Shown here: positions 26,610-39,200 of the stretch, piece by piece
How the letters are laid out: each line of letters opens with the position of its first letter
Position numbering within the stretch: the stretch's first letter is position 1
Source: Okamejei kenojei
Lineage: Eukaryota
Direction: 5' to 3'
NCBI GenBank assembly: GCA_035221665.1
Contig: CM069149.1
Coordinates: forward strand, 44,888,001 to 44,952,000
DNA length: 64,000 bases
Position numbers and translations under genes: made by a program
The notes under the pieces: generated by a model
What the model saw: the letters and a program-made list of their open reading frames with translations, nothing else
Told to the model about the DNA's origin: nothing
Databases searched by the model: none

Positions 26610-27069
26610 CAAGGAGAGGGAATGATAACTGAATGCTGGAAATGATCAAGGTTGCAACGTGCAACAGATGAGATGCTGTGTTTTAGGCTTGTGGTGCATT
26701 TCATTGGAAAAGTAGAGGAAGCCAAAGATGGGTCAAAATGGGATGGGCTGGAGAATTGACGAGAGTGGCATTTGGAAATTCCGGTCGCCCTTGTGTACCA
26801 AAGAGGTTTTCTGTGAAGTGACTGCCCATACCTGCATTGGGCTATCATCATGTAAAGGCGATCACACATTGTAAGCACTGAATGTGATACACTAGTCTGA
26901 GCAAAGTTCAAGTTAATTATGCTTCACCTTGAAATGTTGGGGTCCTGGATTGTGGGAAAGGATTGCCAGAGTTTAGAGTTTTCAACATTGTGCTCAATGC
27001 TATCTTTTTTCATGCTAAGTAGTATAAAACATGTAATAACTTGAAAAGTTGTGACAACTTGGATTTTAG

Positions 27070-27405
27070 ATGCACTTAGATGGACAAGGGCTGATTAGGG
27101 ATAGTCAGCATGGTTTGGTACATGGGATAGCATCTACACTATCAACAATACCACCTACTTTAGTGTCACTTTGGGAAGTCTAACATGGGCAGGACCTACA
27201 CAGTGAATGGGAATGAGCCACCGGCAGAGGTAGTTGAGGCAGGTACGATCACAATATTTAAGACTCGTTTAGACAGGTACATGGATAGGATGGGTTTAGA
27301 GAGATAAGGGCTAAACACAGGCAAGTGTAGATGGGACATGTTGGTCGGTGTGAGCAAGTTGGGCAAAAGGGCCTGTTTTCTCGCTGCAAGACTCGTATGA
27401 CTCTA
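27070..27405 (+). mobile_element. CR1 LINE fragments
   Basis: RT remnant (AGTCAGCATGGTTT) followed by a CR1-type 3' tail. Confidence 0.65.
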
Positions 27406-28549
27406 AATGGTCAACAACTAAAAGACATTCAAAAGTAGGGAATGAAGGATCGTATCTGGCCATTGCACTGAACCCAGTGCTGATGTAAGTACCCTTTCAT
27501 TTCCAATTGCAACAGTTGAATTTTTGGCATAATTCAGAATATCATTCAAGCCAACATTCCACCAGTTAAATAAGGTCATGTAAAATATTCTGGCAGTTCG
27601 GGAGACTGAAGGGCTTTAGACTTTACATTGATGAACACCATCCACTAACAAAAGCTAAAGGGGTAGAGAATTATTAGCATAAGCCAATGAGCAATAAAGT
27701 TGAAAAAGCATTTGACTCTATAACCAAGGATAGTGCGCTTGAACACTGAGGTATTTCGCAAAGGATTGGATTGAGGCTGCGTGAATGGGGAAAGAGATCC
27801 TGCTTGATGTTTTAAGAGTTAATGATTTTGGCAGACAGGGTTTTCAACAAGGTATTGCATGAAATCTCACACAAAAGACTGTCACGTTTGTGAAGTTCAT
27901 GGAATTGAAGCAAATTTTTGACCTGGTTGGGGAATTGGCTCAGTGCCAGGAGGCAGAGTTGGGATAACTGGGCAAATAGCCAATTTGGCAGGAACCAAGA
28001 ATCTGTGTTGGGAAACAACTATTAAACATATTTGTAAAAGATGGAAGGTGAAGTTATATATCCATGTCTGTTGATGAGAAACAATGGTCAATTGGACAGC
28101 ATTTGTTTAAAGCAGTTAGTCGCAAATAAATATTAGCAGTTTTAGCAAATTGTCAAAACTGTAATCAAAGTTTTCAGTGTGGACAATTGTGAAGTTATCA
28201 AGTTTGGATTGGGGTACTTTCTAACTGGTGAAAGGCTGATGGTGGAGATTCTGAATTTCATAAAGGCTTGTGACCATTGTATTAAAAACATAATGGAAAA
28301 AACAGCAGTTCGGCATTGAAGTTGAGCTATAGCATTACAGTGTATTGGTTAGACCAAAGCTGGAATTTGTTAAGGGAGTTCTGGATACCACAGGTCAGGA
28401 AGAGTATATCTGGCCTCCGTGAAGCTCTGGCTGGAACGTGGGTGGTGTGCGTGAATGTGAATGAACAAATTATTTTTACCATCAGTCATATAAACTGCTG
28501 CCCAAGGCTTTCCAGGCAGTGACCGCGATATAAATGGCAACTGTTTTTC

Positions 28550-28607
28550 TGTGTGTGTGTGTGTGTGTGTGTGTGCGTGCGTGTGTGTGTGTGCATGTGT
28601 GTGCGTG
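28550..28607. repeat. (TG)n microsatellite, imperfect
   Basis: Directly visible. Confidence 0.95.
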
Positions 28608-29164
28608 CTGGCAGTTGAGGCAACACGCACACACACTTGTTGTTTAGGTTTTTAAGAATCTATGTTTTGCTCTTCTTCTCCAGTAGTTACACCAGGGCTA
28701 CCATGGGTTTTCGGGGAGGAATGGCCACATTTAGCAGATGGGGAGATGTCTTTGAAGGATGCTGGATGTTGTCATCACACCAGCTGCAAAGCCCTCCACA
28801 GACGGAGCCTGTGTTCACCAGGGCTGCCCGTGGCATTGAATCTTCAAGATTCAATCAGTGCAGGAATTAGTGTAAAATAAATCACTGATGCCTTTTTGTA
28901 TAAACAACTGCAATTCCAAATTCTTGGCAATTTTATCAGCAGATTTAGAAAGCCGTTTTGTTTTGAGTTTTTCGATTCCCAAAGGAATTTTATGGTGCAC
29001 AACATGAAGATGTGGCCCTACATGCTGCAACGTGCAATACCCAGACCCATATGTACAGGTCAGGCATTTGTGACCATTGGTGCTGAATTCTATAAGTTAG
29101 TGCTTATTATCAAGATGGAAGTAATAGTCCCCATATTTTTAACTAACAAGCCATTGCCTAATAT

Positions 29165-29950
29165 TTAACCCTTGATGATACAAAACTAGGTGAGATTGCA
29201 AGTTCAGAAGATGTAAAGATGCTTCAAGATTATATAGACAATTTGAGTTGGGGAAGGTGGAATATAATATGAGAAAATGCAAGGTTATTGACTTAACTGC
29301 ACAAAAGAACTGTATACTAAAAGGGCTTGTATACTGAAAGCTAACATGCAGGTGCAACAAATAATTATGATAGCAAATGGTATATTGGCCTTTATTAAGA
29401 GTAGTTGAAAACAGGAGGTCTTACTGAAATTGTGTGGGTGAGTTGAGACTGCCCTGAAGTGTACATTTTTGGTCTCCATATGCTCTTGCCATGGAGGACG
29501 TGTAGCGGAGATTCGATAGACTGGTTCTGGGGATGGTTGGTTTAACTCTGAGAGTGAGCAGACCAAGCCTGTATTCTCTCAAATTTAGAAGACTCATTGA
29601 CATTTATCAAATTCCTAGAGGACTCAACAGGCTGGATACAGGGATTGGGGTGATTTCCCCTGGCTGTTGTGTGTAGAACAAGAGAACATGGTCTCAGATT
29701 AAGATGGAGCCTGTTTAGGACTGAGATGAGGAGAATTTTCCTCATACAATGGGTGGTGATTCTCTCAAATTAATCCTGTGGAGGCTCAGTCAATGAGTCA
29801 TTCAAAACAAAGTTGGAATGAATATGACTGTCTTACTCTAATTAAGGGAATTAACGAATAAAGAGATAAAGGCTAGGCTGTGATCTTGATGAATGGCAGA
29901 GCAGGCTCGAAGGACTGGATGACCTACTCTTGACCCTATTTCTTCCCTTA
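29165..29950 (+). mobile_element. Old CR1 LINE 3' portion
   Basis: DDTKL-like start, then GTATTCTCTCAAATTTAGAAG...GGACTGAGATGAGGAGAATTTT and a 3' tail. Confidence 0.75.
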
Positions 29951-30244
29951 TTATGTCTCAGGAAAATATCTGATTCATTCCTCGTGTCGGGTGCTATTTC
30001 AGGATGCTAACTATGTATAAATAAAATAAAATGCCTGCATTTAAAGTAATTACAGAGCACATTGCAGCAGTATTTCAGATTCTTCTGAAGGCATCCTGCA
30101 ATATGTCTTGTTAAATGTTTCAGATTTCTTGTTCCGCGCGTCGACAGATTCTTCTCAAAGGAGGTTTCCTTTGCACCGAAACAGCTTGGAGCAGCATTAA
30201 GATAAGAGAAATAGGAAGAGAACTGACTGGAGAATAAAATGTTG

Positions 30245-30482
30245 AAACCAGGAACTGCAGATGCTGGTTTACAAAGAAGGACACAAAGTGCTGGAGTAAC
30301 TCGGCAGGTCAGGTAGCATCTGTGCAAAACATGGATAGGTGAAGTTATGGATTTGGGACCCTTCTTCAGAGAATAGAATGTAATAAGTTCTGACACCTCT
30401 CCATTGACCCAAACCAAATTGTCACCCATCCAAGTTCTGCACGGATGCTGCCTGACCTGCTGAGTTACTCTAGCACTTTGTG
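30245..30482. mobile_element. Penelope-tail-derived fold-back element
   Basis: Inverted arms CACAAAGTGCTGGAGTAACTC... / ...GAGTTACTCTAGCACTTTGTG. Confidence 0.8.
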
Positions 30483-30934
30483 ACTTTTCATTAATAAATC
30501 CTGTTCCTGGATCTAAGAGCCATCTAGCCACTTCTCATACAAAAATGCCCTCTCTTAACTCAACAATACAGCCACTTATTTATAGTCTACATATTGCCCC
30601 GTCCTCCATCAATATGCCATCACCTTAATTCCATTAATTCTTCTAAGAAGTACTTCAATGTCATATTTGCACCGACTGATAACATGTGCCTGAATACTAT
30701 TGGATAAACATTCTCCGGAGAAAGCTTCAGCTATATCACATATTTTAAGTTCTACAATAAGTCTACTTTGTGACAATATATGATTTATATTACTTGTTAA
30801 TGATCGGAGAATGATTTAAGGATTAGCTTTTGCCCGACACATCAGCAGAATTCCTTCATGCGTCGTGGAACGTTGAGAGATTGAAAGGCATTGGTGTGCT
30901 GAGGGACTTCCCTGCCCTTCCACACACATCATCG

Positions 30935-31216
30935 GGACAGCTGGTAGAGCTGCTGCCTCACAGCGCCAGAGACCCAGGCTCGATCCTGATCTTGGGTGCT
31001 GTCTGTGTGGTGTTTGCATGTTCCCTCTGTGACCATGTGGGTTTTCTTTGGCTGCTCTCCCACATCCCAAAAGCATGTGGGTTTGTAGGTTATTTAGCAT
31101 CTGCACAATTGCCCCAAATGTGCAGGGATGGATGAGAAAGTGGGATAACATAGAACCAGTTTGAACAGGTGATCATCAATGGTCGGTGTGGACTCTGTGT
31201 CTATTTCCATGCTGCG
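30935..31216 (+). mobile_element. tRNA-derived V-SINE (HE1-like)
   Basis: Head CAGCTGGTAGAGCTGCTGCCTCACAGCGCCAGAGACCCAGGCTCGATCC (A/B-box-like), V-domain GTTTGCATGTTCCC...GTGGGTTTTC and a CR1-like tail. Confidence 0.85.
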
Positions 31217-31254
31217 CCTCCAATTGACACTCAGTCACTAATGTTCACAACGTG

Positions 31255-31400
31255 TAGGATGGAACTGCAGATGCCTGTTTAAACCAAAGAGAGACACAAA
31301 AATCTGGAGTAACTCAGTGGGTCTGGAGAAAAATAATATGTGACGTTTTGGTCTGAAGAAGGGTCTCGACCCGAAACGTCACCTATTCCTATTCCCCAGA
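31255..31400. mobile_element. Penelope-tail-derived element containing an intact hammerhead motif
   Basis: GTAGGATGGAACTGCAGATG... left arm followed by a sense-orientation motif. Confidence 0.8.
31353..31380 (+). ncRNA. Minimal hammerhead ribozyme motif, intact core
   Basis: GGT-CTGAAGA-A-GGGT-CTCG-ACCC-GAAA-CGTC-ACC; flanking GGT/ACC can form a short stem I. Confidence 0.65.
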
Positions 31401-33534
31401 GAATAAAAGATCAGCTGTAGCACTGAATGGCAGAATAAGGGCAGAATGACCTGGTTCTGCTTCTGACTCTCATGATTTTTCTTTGCCTCTTGCCTCTTTA
31501 TTTTTCTTGCAAGATTGAGCTGCGATCCTGTTTGCACAATTACTTCATACGATCCAATATTTCCTGAGTCCTTGGATGATTGACGCTGCTTCAAGGGTTT
31601 GGTTTACTGTGGATTATTTCCGTCAGATTTAAATCTACTGCCATCAGAGTTTAGGTCAGGAATTGTTTTGTCTTGATAACGACAGGTCAAGTTTGACCAC
31701 TGAGAGTTGTTCCACCTTTATGACGATGCTGTGCATTGATCCAAATGATAAAATGTGAGACATAAAAGTCTTACCACTGCACACCACGGGTGAATGGCAA
31801 ACATTTTACACAAACAGAGTTACAATAAAAATGGTCTCATCATGGCAGCATTCTGAATTTAAAGAATGAAAATAAATTTGCTGATACAATGAAGGTGAGA
31901 TAATCCCCAGTTTTGACCCTATAAAAAGAACTGCAGTTTTGTGTAAGAGGTATTGAACATGAGGCTAAAATTAATATTTGAGAATAGGTTATTTTTGAGA
32001 ACCAGCAATGGATCCTTTCGCAGCTGTATTGAGATACCCATCTGTGCTTTCAAAATATGGCAGACTGTTTCAGAGTTAGTTTAATTGGAACACGTAATAA
32101 AATTCTAATTTAAGATGTGGCAAAAACAAATTTTTTTTGTATCTCATCTCAAATTTAAAAATAATCCTTTGAGAATTTATTCAAAGTGATGTACTGAGGT
32201 GTGCTGCTTCATTTAACAATTCCACACAACACTAAAAAAGCACACCATCGTTTAACATTAAATGTAACGTCGAAGCTGCAGTGTCTTTTCAATGCAATGT
32301 GCAAATATGAATTTACGAATTTCCAGTCATCTTAAAGGATGTATATTTTGAATAACTCAGTTTAAATGAGCTGATATGAATGCAAAATAAGGCGGCAGTA
32401 AGTTGATTTGAACCAACCAATTAGAACAATGGGCTGAATTTACGGGAAAGTACTGGCAGTTCTATACTGAAATGACAGGAAGTCAGGATTGAAGTGGTGG
32501 TGAACTTGCTGGCTGCCCTTTGCATGGGATTTGCTGCCTGTGTTCCAACATTGGGATCGCCACAGAGTGCAGTGATAGAATGCAAATCTGCTGCAGTTCC
32601 TCATTACCTACGCTGGGAAGCCTGCCCACTGAACCTTAACACAGCAAGTCCATTTATTTTGATAGGGAGGAACAGCTGCAAGGAATATGCATACTAGAAA
32701 ATTTCTGTTTGTGAATTAATTGTGTTTTGTAGAGCTGTGCACAAATTCTACATCTGCTCCTTTGCTACAAGATTACAAGGCAGCATTCCATTAGCTTTTT
32801 CTGATTTATTTTCAGTGCCTCTCCCAGGCATGCTAATAATTGCTCCATGTGGAACCACTACATTTCTTAGGCCTTCCCTTGCTTCTAGGTTTTCAACATT
32901 TGCAAGGAACTCAGTTCTACTCTTTAGTCACACCAGTCTAAATTTGCTGCATTTTTGTCCATTTGCGTAAATCAATTAGTGTAATTTAATGCTTCTGCCT
33001 TCATTTCATACCATGCTGCCTATCTTTCTGTCAGTAGAAAACTTAGATATGTGACTATCCTTCCCAACATTTGAGTCATTTGGAAATATGATGACTGGTG
33101 CCCAGAACTGTGTATCAATCGTATTCCATTCTTTCCCATCCACCTGATCTTTCCTCATCCAGGACTGATTTTTTTTTTTTTGCTCTAATTTCCACCTTTT
33201 TTGGCCTTGTCCGAAAGATTGTTGGTTACCTCGGACTCCGTTTCAAGAAAGATGATGACTAATTTTGGTTTAATTTATTTTGATTTGCAAACACCAAAAT
33301 CTTGTTGCTTAAAGGTGGATATGCAACTTAGGGCTCCTTTTCCCTCTCTTTGGTTAAAAACTTGACCTTGGGAATTTTTATTCTGCATATTGATGCAATC
33401 AAGAGCCTGTATCCTACCAAGCAGTGATGTTTTGGTATTATATGCTTGAGTGATTTACAGTAATTTACTATATTAAAAAAACTGGAAAACAGCTGAAAAA
33501 TACTTAATCTTTTAAACACAATAAATTAAAACAA

Positions 33535-33560
33535 AATAATAATAATAATAATAATAATAA
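33535..33560. repeat. (AAT)n microsatellite
   Basis: Directly visible. Confidence 0.95.
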
Positions 33561-36489
33561 GGAAAGAGGGGTTGATGTATGACTGGAGGAATGGTGTGGG
33601 CCAAATGGCCTCAGAATCCCAAGACATTGGAAGATGCCCTGAGGTATGAGGGATTTATACAATAATAGTTTGCATCAACATTGAGACTATTGACCTTGCA
33701 GTGTTGCTTAAAGAAAATGAGAGACAGGCACAATATATCTGTATTCAATTTATTCAAGAAAGACGAAAAGGACTCATTTCCCCTTCCACAGATGCCTCCT
33801 GAACTGCAGAGTGTTTCCAACATTTTCTGTTTTTATTTCACTAAAGAGGATGCTGCTGATGCATTAGTAAACAGTGAAGCTATAAGGTAATTGAGTTGGC
33901 TAAAGATTGAGGAAAAGGATCATGGTAGTTAAGTTCTGATATCGAGGCAGTCCAATTTCATAAGGTTGGACATGGATCAGGACTGGCAACGAACATTGAA
34001 TGATCAAAGGGAGGCCTTGAAAGAGGAGATTGATGGAGTACAGATTGGAGACATTCTCAGTCAGGGGAGAGATGAACTTTGTTGATGAAAGACAGAGAGC
34101 AATGGAAAGAAAGCTTGATGGCAAATCCTAGTTATGACGTAGTAGAAACCAAGTTAAATATAAAATAAACCAGGAAAATACAGAACAAGACATCCATGAA
34201 TGAATCAATAACACAATGTGGAGAAGGGGGGGACAATCAGGAATCAGGGTGGTCAGACCTGAACACAAAGATACGAGTGATCTTTATGATATGGAAGCCC
34301 CTTCCAGCATGTGATTTTTTTAAAAATAGTTTTGCCTGGGGATTGACTACTTACCATCAACTTAGTTACTCCCAGAACAATGCGATTCCATTTTCTACTC
34401 AGGAGTGTAGAATTAAGTTACATAACCAAGGAGTTAGACAACCGATGTACCGGCCAAATTTCCAAAACAATGTTGAACATGACTGTGGCTACCTCCTTGC
34501 AATTAATTGATCCATATTGGATCTCATTGAGCTTGATAAATGCATCGCGGGCTCCAATATCTCCTCCACCTGTACTGTGCCAGCAGAGGGCAGGGCTGTG
34601 GTATTATACAAGCACGTTGCATCTACCTTCACCATAAAGGAAACTGAAAATAAAAAAACTGTAGATACTGGAAATCTGACACGAAAACAAAGCACTAGAA
34701 ACACTCAGCAGGACTTTGGAGCTTCAACCTGAAACGTTAACCCTGTCTCCCCTTCCACAGATGGCCCCTGAACAGCTTAATATTCCCAACAATTTTGGTT
34801 TTTATATCACTGATGACGATGCTGTTGATTCTTTAGTAAACAATGAAACTGTAAGGTAATAGAACTGAGTAAAAATAGATCATGTCGAAGTACAAAGTAG
34901 TTTGGCAGAGTCCAAAGTAGATAAGTCACCAAGTCTGGACGTGACGTGTCTTGGCTTTCTGGGAACTAAAGGTTGAAGTGTCTGAGCGCACACACAGTCT
35001 TCCAATTTTGTTTAAATACGAGTATGATGCCAAAGGGTGAGGGAGCTGTAAATGTTGCAAAAGGTCAAAAGTGCAAAAGGGAATAAACAACAACTGAAGG
35101 CCAGTCAACCTAAAATCAATGGAGGGGGAACCTTTCGGGGATTCGAACATCGTTACAAAATAAATAGATATTTGGCTGAAATTTAGCTGAACAATTAGCA
35201 TGGATCTACTAAAGGTGGATGGTAATTGACTGTGTTTTTTTGGAGTTATTTGAATGAAAGGAGATTAATGGGAGATTGGGTAATGTGTGGATATATGTGT
35301 GCAATATATTTCTGAGCCAAGTGATGATACTTCCATGCTTAGCTGCTTTTGTCCTTCTCGCTGGTAGAGGTCATGGGTTTGGAAAGTGTTTCACTTTCCA
35401 AGATTTCACACACTTCCAGATCTCTCTCAACCTGAAACACCTTTAAAATTGTGCTATTTCGTTTCTCTTCACTCGGCCTTCAGTTCTATGTTAAGATTTA
35501 CTAGCCTTTTGTGAGTGGTGCACACTGCATCCAGTGCTGAAAGGATCGAATGCTTGGGGGTGACAATTGCTCAGGCTGCATTGCCCTGGATGGTGGAAAG
35601 GCTTTGGGGCATCAGGAGGTGAGTTACAATGGAAGGTTCCGGGCACAATGGAAAAGCAGGGAGAAGGAAGACCGCAGACTTCATATTGGCATTGTTGTCT
35701 CCGGATCAGCGAAAAAAAAAAAAATGTTTATTGGATTCATTTACTTAATGGCCCAAACAAAAATTAATTGCATTTACTGATAAGATTATTTCCTACCTTT
35801 CTGGGTCAAATGGGTATGAATTCATCTCCCAGAAGAGAGGGGGAAATGATCTAACACCCGGTGACATTCAGCCACTCATGGAAGAGTAGAGAATTAATTT
35901 AATCTTAATGGGCAATGTTTAAACCAATACCCAAAGGTAAAATAGCAGTGTGCCAACAGACTGTGGCAAATCATATTCAGCAAAAAAACAAAAAGCTTTA
36001 TTTAGTCAGTATGGAGTGACTGTAGCATATGCCCTGGAGAAGGAAGTAATTTGTGCCAACCAGGTCCATTACAGTGAAGGGAATCTTCTTTAATTTATCT
36101 CACTTGAATTCAAAAATATATCTAGTGTTGGGGAGGAAAACTGGACCAGCCAATTAACATCCCAACAGCCAAGCTTGTATGCTTTCCTAGCTGGGCTGGA
36201 ATAGAACGGAGAAACCAAAAGGCAATAACTAATATGCTGGTCTTCTGCTGTATTGGCGTATTAATATATTATGCAGAGCCTAGCAGAACTCCTAAGATGT
36301 ACAGTGGATTGTCAATCATTCGGAGCAAAAGTTACAATGGGTCAATGATGTTGCAGCAACAATTGTTTACGTTGCTTTATTTTATTACCGACCTTTTTTC
36401 TTTTGATCCAGTTTTCTTTGAACTGTGTATAGTTCTGATTGAAAGTTTACATTGTAAAACAACTGAAGGAATACTTTTTATAAGGTTAC

Positions 36490-37047
36490 AAGACATTGGA
36501 GCAGAAGTAGGCCATTCAGCCCACCATGTCTGATCAATTTCTCCTTCAACTCCATTCTTCTGCCTTCTCCCTGTAACCTTTGACACCCTTGACAACTCTC
36601 AATCTCTGCTTTAAAATTACCCAATGACTACATCCACAACTGTCCGTGGCATCTGGCTAAAGAAATTCCCCCTCATCTCCATTCTGGGGCTGTGCCATCT
36701 TGTCCTAGGTTCTCCCACTACTGACAACATCCCAACATCCTCTCCACATCTACTCTATCTAGGCCTTTCATTATTTGGTAGGTTTAAGGTTTTATCTGAG
36801 GAACATTCCTTCCTCAGATATGGGTCACAATACTGCTCACAATACTCCAAGTGCACTCCAACCAGCACCTTATAAAGCCTCAGCATTACATCCTTTTATA
36901 TTCTAGTCCTTTCAAAATGAATGCTAATGTTCCATTTGCTTTCCTTACTATCGACTCAACCTGCTAATTAACCTCTTGGGAATCGTGCACCAGCAGTCCC
37001 TGGTCCCTTTGCATCTCCGCTTTCTGAAGCCTCTCCCCATTTAGAAA
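36490..37047 (-). mobile_element. CR1 LINE 3' portion, internally deleted
   Basis: GGAGCAGAAGTAGGCCATTCAGCCC tail; AATACTCCAAGTG...GCCTCAGCATTACATC. Confidence 0.75.
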
Positions 37048-37304
37048 ATTACTATTTTTTCAAGATCAATGATGACAAAGGCAGAAAAGCTCAGAGGAAA
37101 GCATTTTGAAAAGAAACTTGTTCATTTCATTAGAATAATTTGTAAGCACAATACTTTATCTAACGTCTAAACAAAGTAGTGACCGACCCTGCCCAGAGAC
37201 TGCATCGTTTGTATTCACATTTTTGCTACCTTCACTTATACATTTTCAAATTATGAGAACGATGCCCTTCATCTGAGGACTTATTGTAGATTGTTGCACA
37301 AAAA

Positions 37305-37585
37305 TCAAGATAACTGGACCCATGTTCAATCCCTGCCGTGGGTGCTGTCTGTGTGGAGTTTGCACATTCTCTCTGTGACGATGAAGGTTTCGTACAGGCG
37401 CTTCAGTTTCCTGCCATATCCCAAAGGTTGGTGGGTTAAATGGCCATTGAAAATTACCCCAAATGTGTTGGTGAATGGTAAAACCGCGGTGAGTGGAAGG
37501 GAATGTGAGGAGATTTTTTTAAATGGTTTGATGGTTAGTGCAGACTCGGTGGGATGAATGGCCTGTTTCCATGTTGTATATCTCC
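37305..37585 (+). mobile_element. tRNA-derived V-SINE (HE1-like), diverged
   Basis: GTTCAATCC...GTGCTGTCTGTGTGGAGTTTGCACATTCTC...GGCCTGTTTCCATGTTGTAT. Confidence 0.75.
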
Positions 37586-37615
37586 ATAATTGTACATTGA
37601 CAGAGGGACATTGAA

Positions 37616-38159
37616 AGACCTGGAGTATTGCGTCCAATTTTGGTCTCCTAATTTGAGGAAGGAAATCCTTATGATTGAGGCAGTGATTGAGGTTCACAAG
37701 ATTGATCCCTGGGATGGCGGGACTGTCATATGAGGAAAGATTGAAAAGACTGCACTTGTATTCACTGGAGTTTAGAAGGATGAGGGGGAATCTTATAGAA
37801 ACTTATAAACATTTAAAAGGACTGGACTAGCTAGATGCAGGAAAAATGTTCCCAATGTTGGGCAAGTCCAGAACCATGGGCCACAGTCTTAGAATAAAGG
37901 GGAGGCCATTTAAGACTGAGGTGAGAAAAAACTTTTTCACCCAGAGAGTTGTGAATTTGTGGAATTCCCTGCCACAGAGGGCAGTGGAGGCCAAATCACT
38001 GGATGGATTTAAGAGAGAGTTAGATAGAGCTCTAGGTGCTAGTGGAATCGAGGGATATGGGGATACGGGTTATTGATAGCGGACGATCAGCCATGATCGC
38101 AATGAATGGCAGTGCTGGCCGAAGGACCTCCTCCTGCACCTAATTTCTATGTTTCTATG
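37616..38159 (+). mobile_element. CR1/HER1-like LINE 3' end
   Basis: MFPMLGKSRTMGHSLRIKGRPFKTEVRKNFFTQRVVNLWNSLPQ, with a TTTCTATG tail repeat. Confidence 0.92.
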
Positions 38160-38217
38160 AAACACCACATCCGTAAAATATTTTGCTGAAATGTAATGAT
38201 TGCATGTTATACAGATC

Positions 38218-38752
38218 AAGACCCGAAACGTCGCCTATTCCTTCGCTCCATAGATGCTGCCTCACCCGCTGAGTTACTCTAGCATTTTTGTCTACCTTCG
38301 ATTTTTCCAGCATCTGCAGTTCTTTCTTAAACATTAAACGTCACAAGAAACATGTTTTTTTATCTTATTTGGAAAATACAGTTGCAGCTTGACTCAATTG
38401 GTAGCATTTTCAAGAGTCAATGGTTCAAATGTTTTGCCACATTGTTTAAGTGATAAATGGTACATTTATTGAAACCCAAATTGCAGCCGAACAGATGGAT
38501 TAAAAATGAAAAGGAATTTTGATCAGAAAAATGAAAGGAAATTAACGTACAAAGTGAGTACATTCAACTTGGGGAGGAAAAAAGGCACAAAGTTCTGGGG
38601 TATCTCAGCGAGTTGGGCAGCATCTCTGGAGAACATGTTCTGGCAACGTTTCACATCGAGACCCTTCCCTACAGATGCTGCCTGACCCGCTTAGCTACTC
38701 CAGTACTTTATGCATTTTATTGTAAACTAGCATCTGCAGTTCCTTGTTTTTA
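38218..38752. mobile_element. Two Penelope-tail elements (38218-38332 and 38585-38752)
   Basis: Family motifs GACCCGAAACGTCGCCTATTCC and CAGCATCTGCAGTTC. Confidence 0.75.
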
Positions 38753-38914
38753 CATTCAACTGGAGTTATTTTGGAAAATAGTCTCCACCCAGGGTTGAAA
38801 GATATCCATCTGCCATAAAACCATTATACTCTAAGTTAGAGATATACTGATTGCCACTGGGTGATATATCACATGGAGATGCAGGAATTATCTGTACAGG
38901 GTTCACAACATAGA

Positions 38915-39200
38915 TAGATAGCGATACTGCGGCCGACACCACCTTGAAGCTGCGGTCTCCGGTAGGGAAGTACCGATCCGGGACTTACCGTGCCTGTACA
39001 TCTGGCCGCCCACAGCGGCGACGGGGGGAAAATGGAGGAGGAGGACTGACTGGACATTGTGCCTTCCACCACAGTGGTGAATGCTGTGGTGGATGTTTGT
39101 GTTAAATATTTATTGTGTATTCGTTTTTCTTGTACCGCTGCTGGCAAGTTCATTTCACTGCACTTTATTGTGCATGTGACGAACAAATCTGACTATTGAC
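38915..39200 (+). mobile_element. Non-autonomous retroposon fragment with a Rex-like tail
   Basis: CpG-rich 5' part in CpG-poor surroundings, ending TGTGCATGTGACGAACAAA-TCTGACTATTGAC. Confidence 0.5.

Noticed and set aside
30007-30531. 174-aa ORF, and similarly 44370-44891 (173 aa)
   Set aside because: Both run through Penelope-tail repeat elements.
30935-31000. tRNA-like sequence
   Set aside because: It is the head of a V-SINE, contiguous with the V-domain, and has no full cloverleaf.
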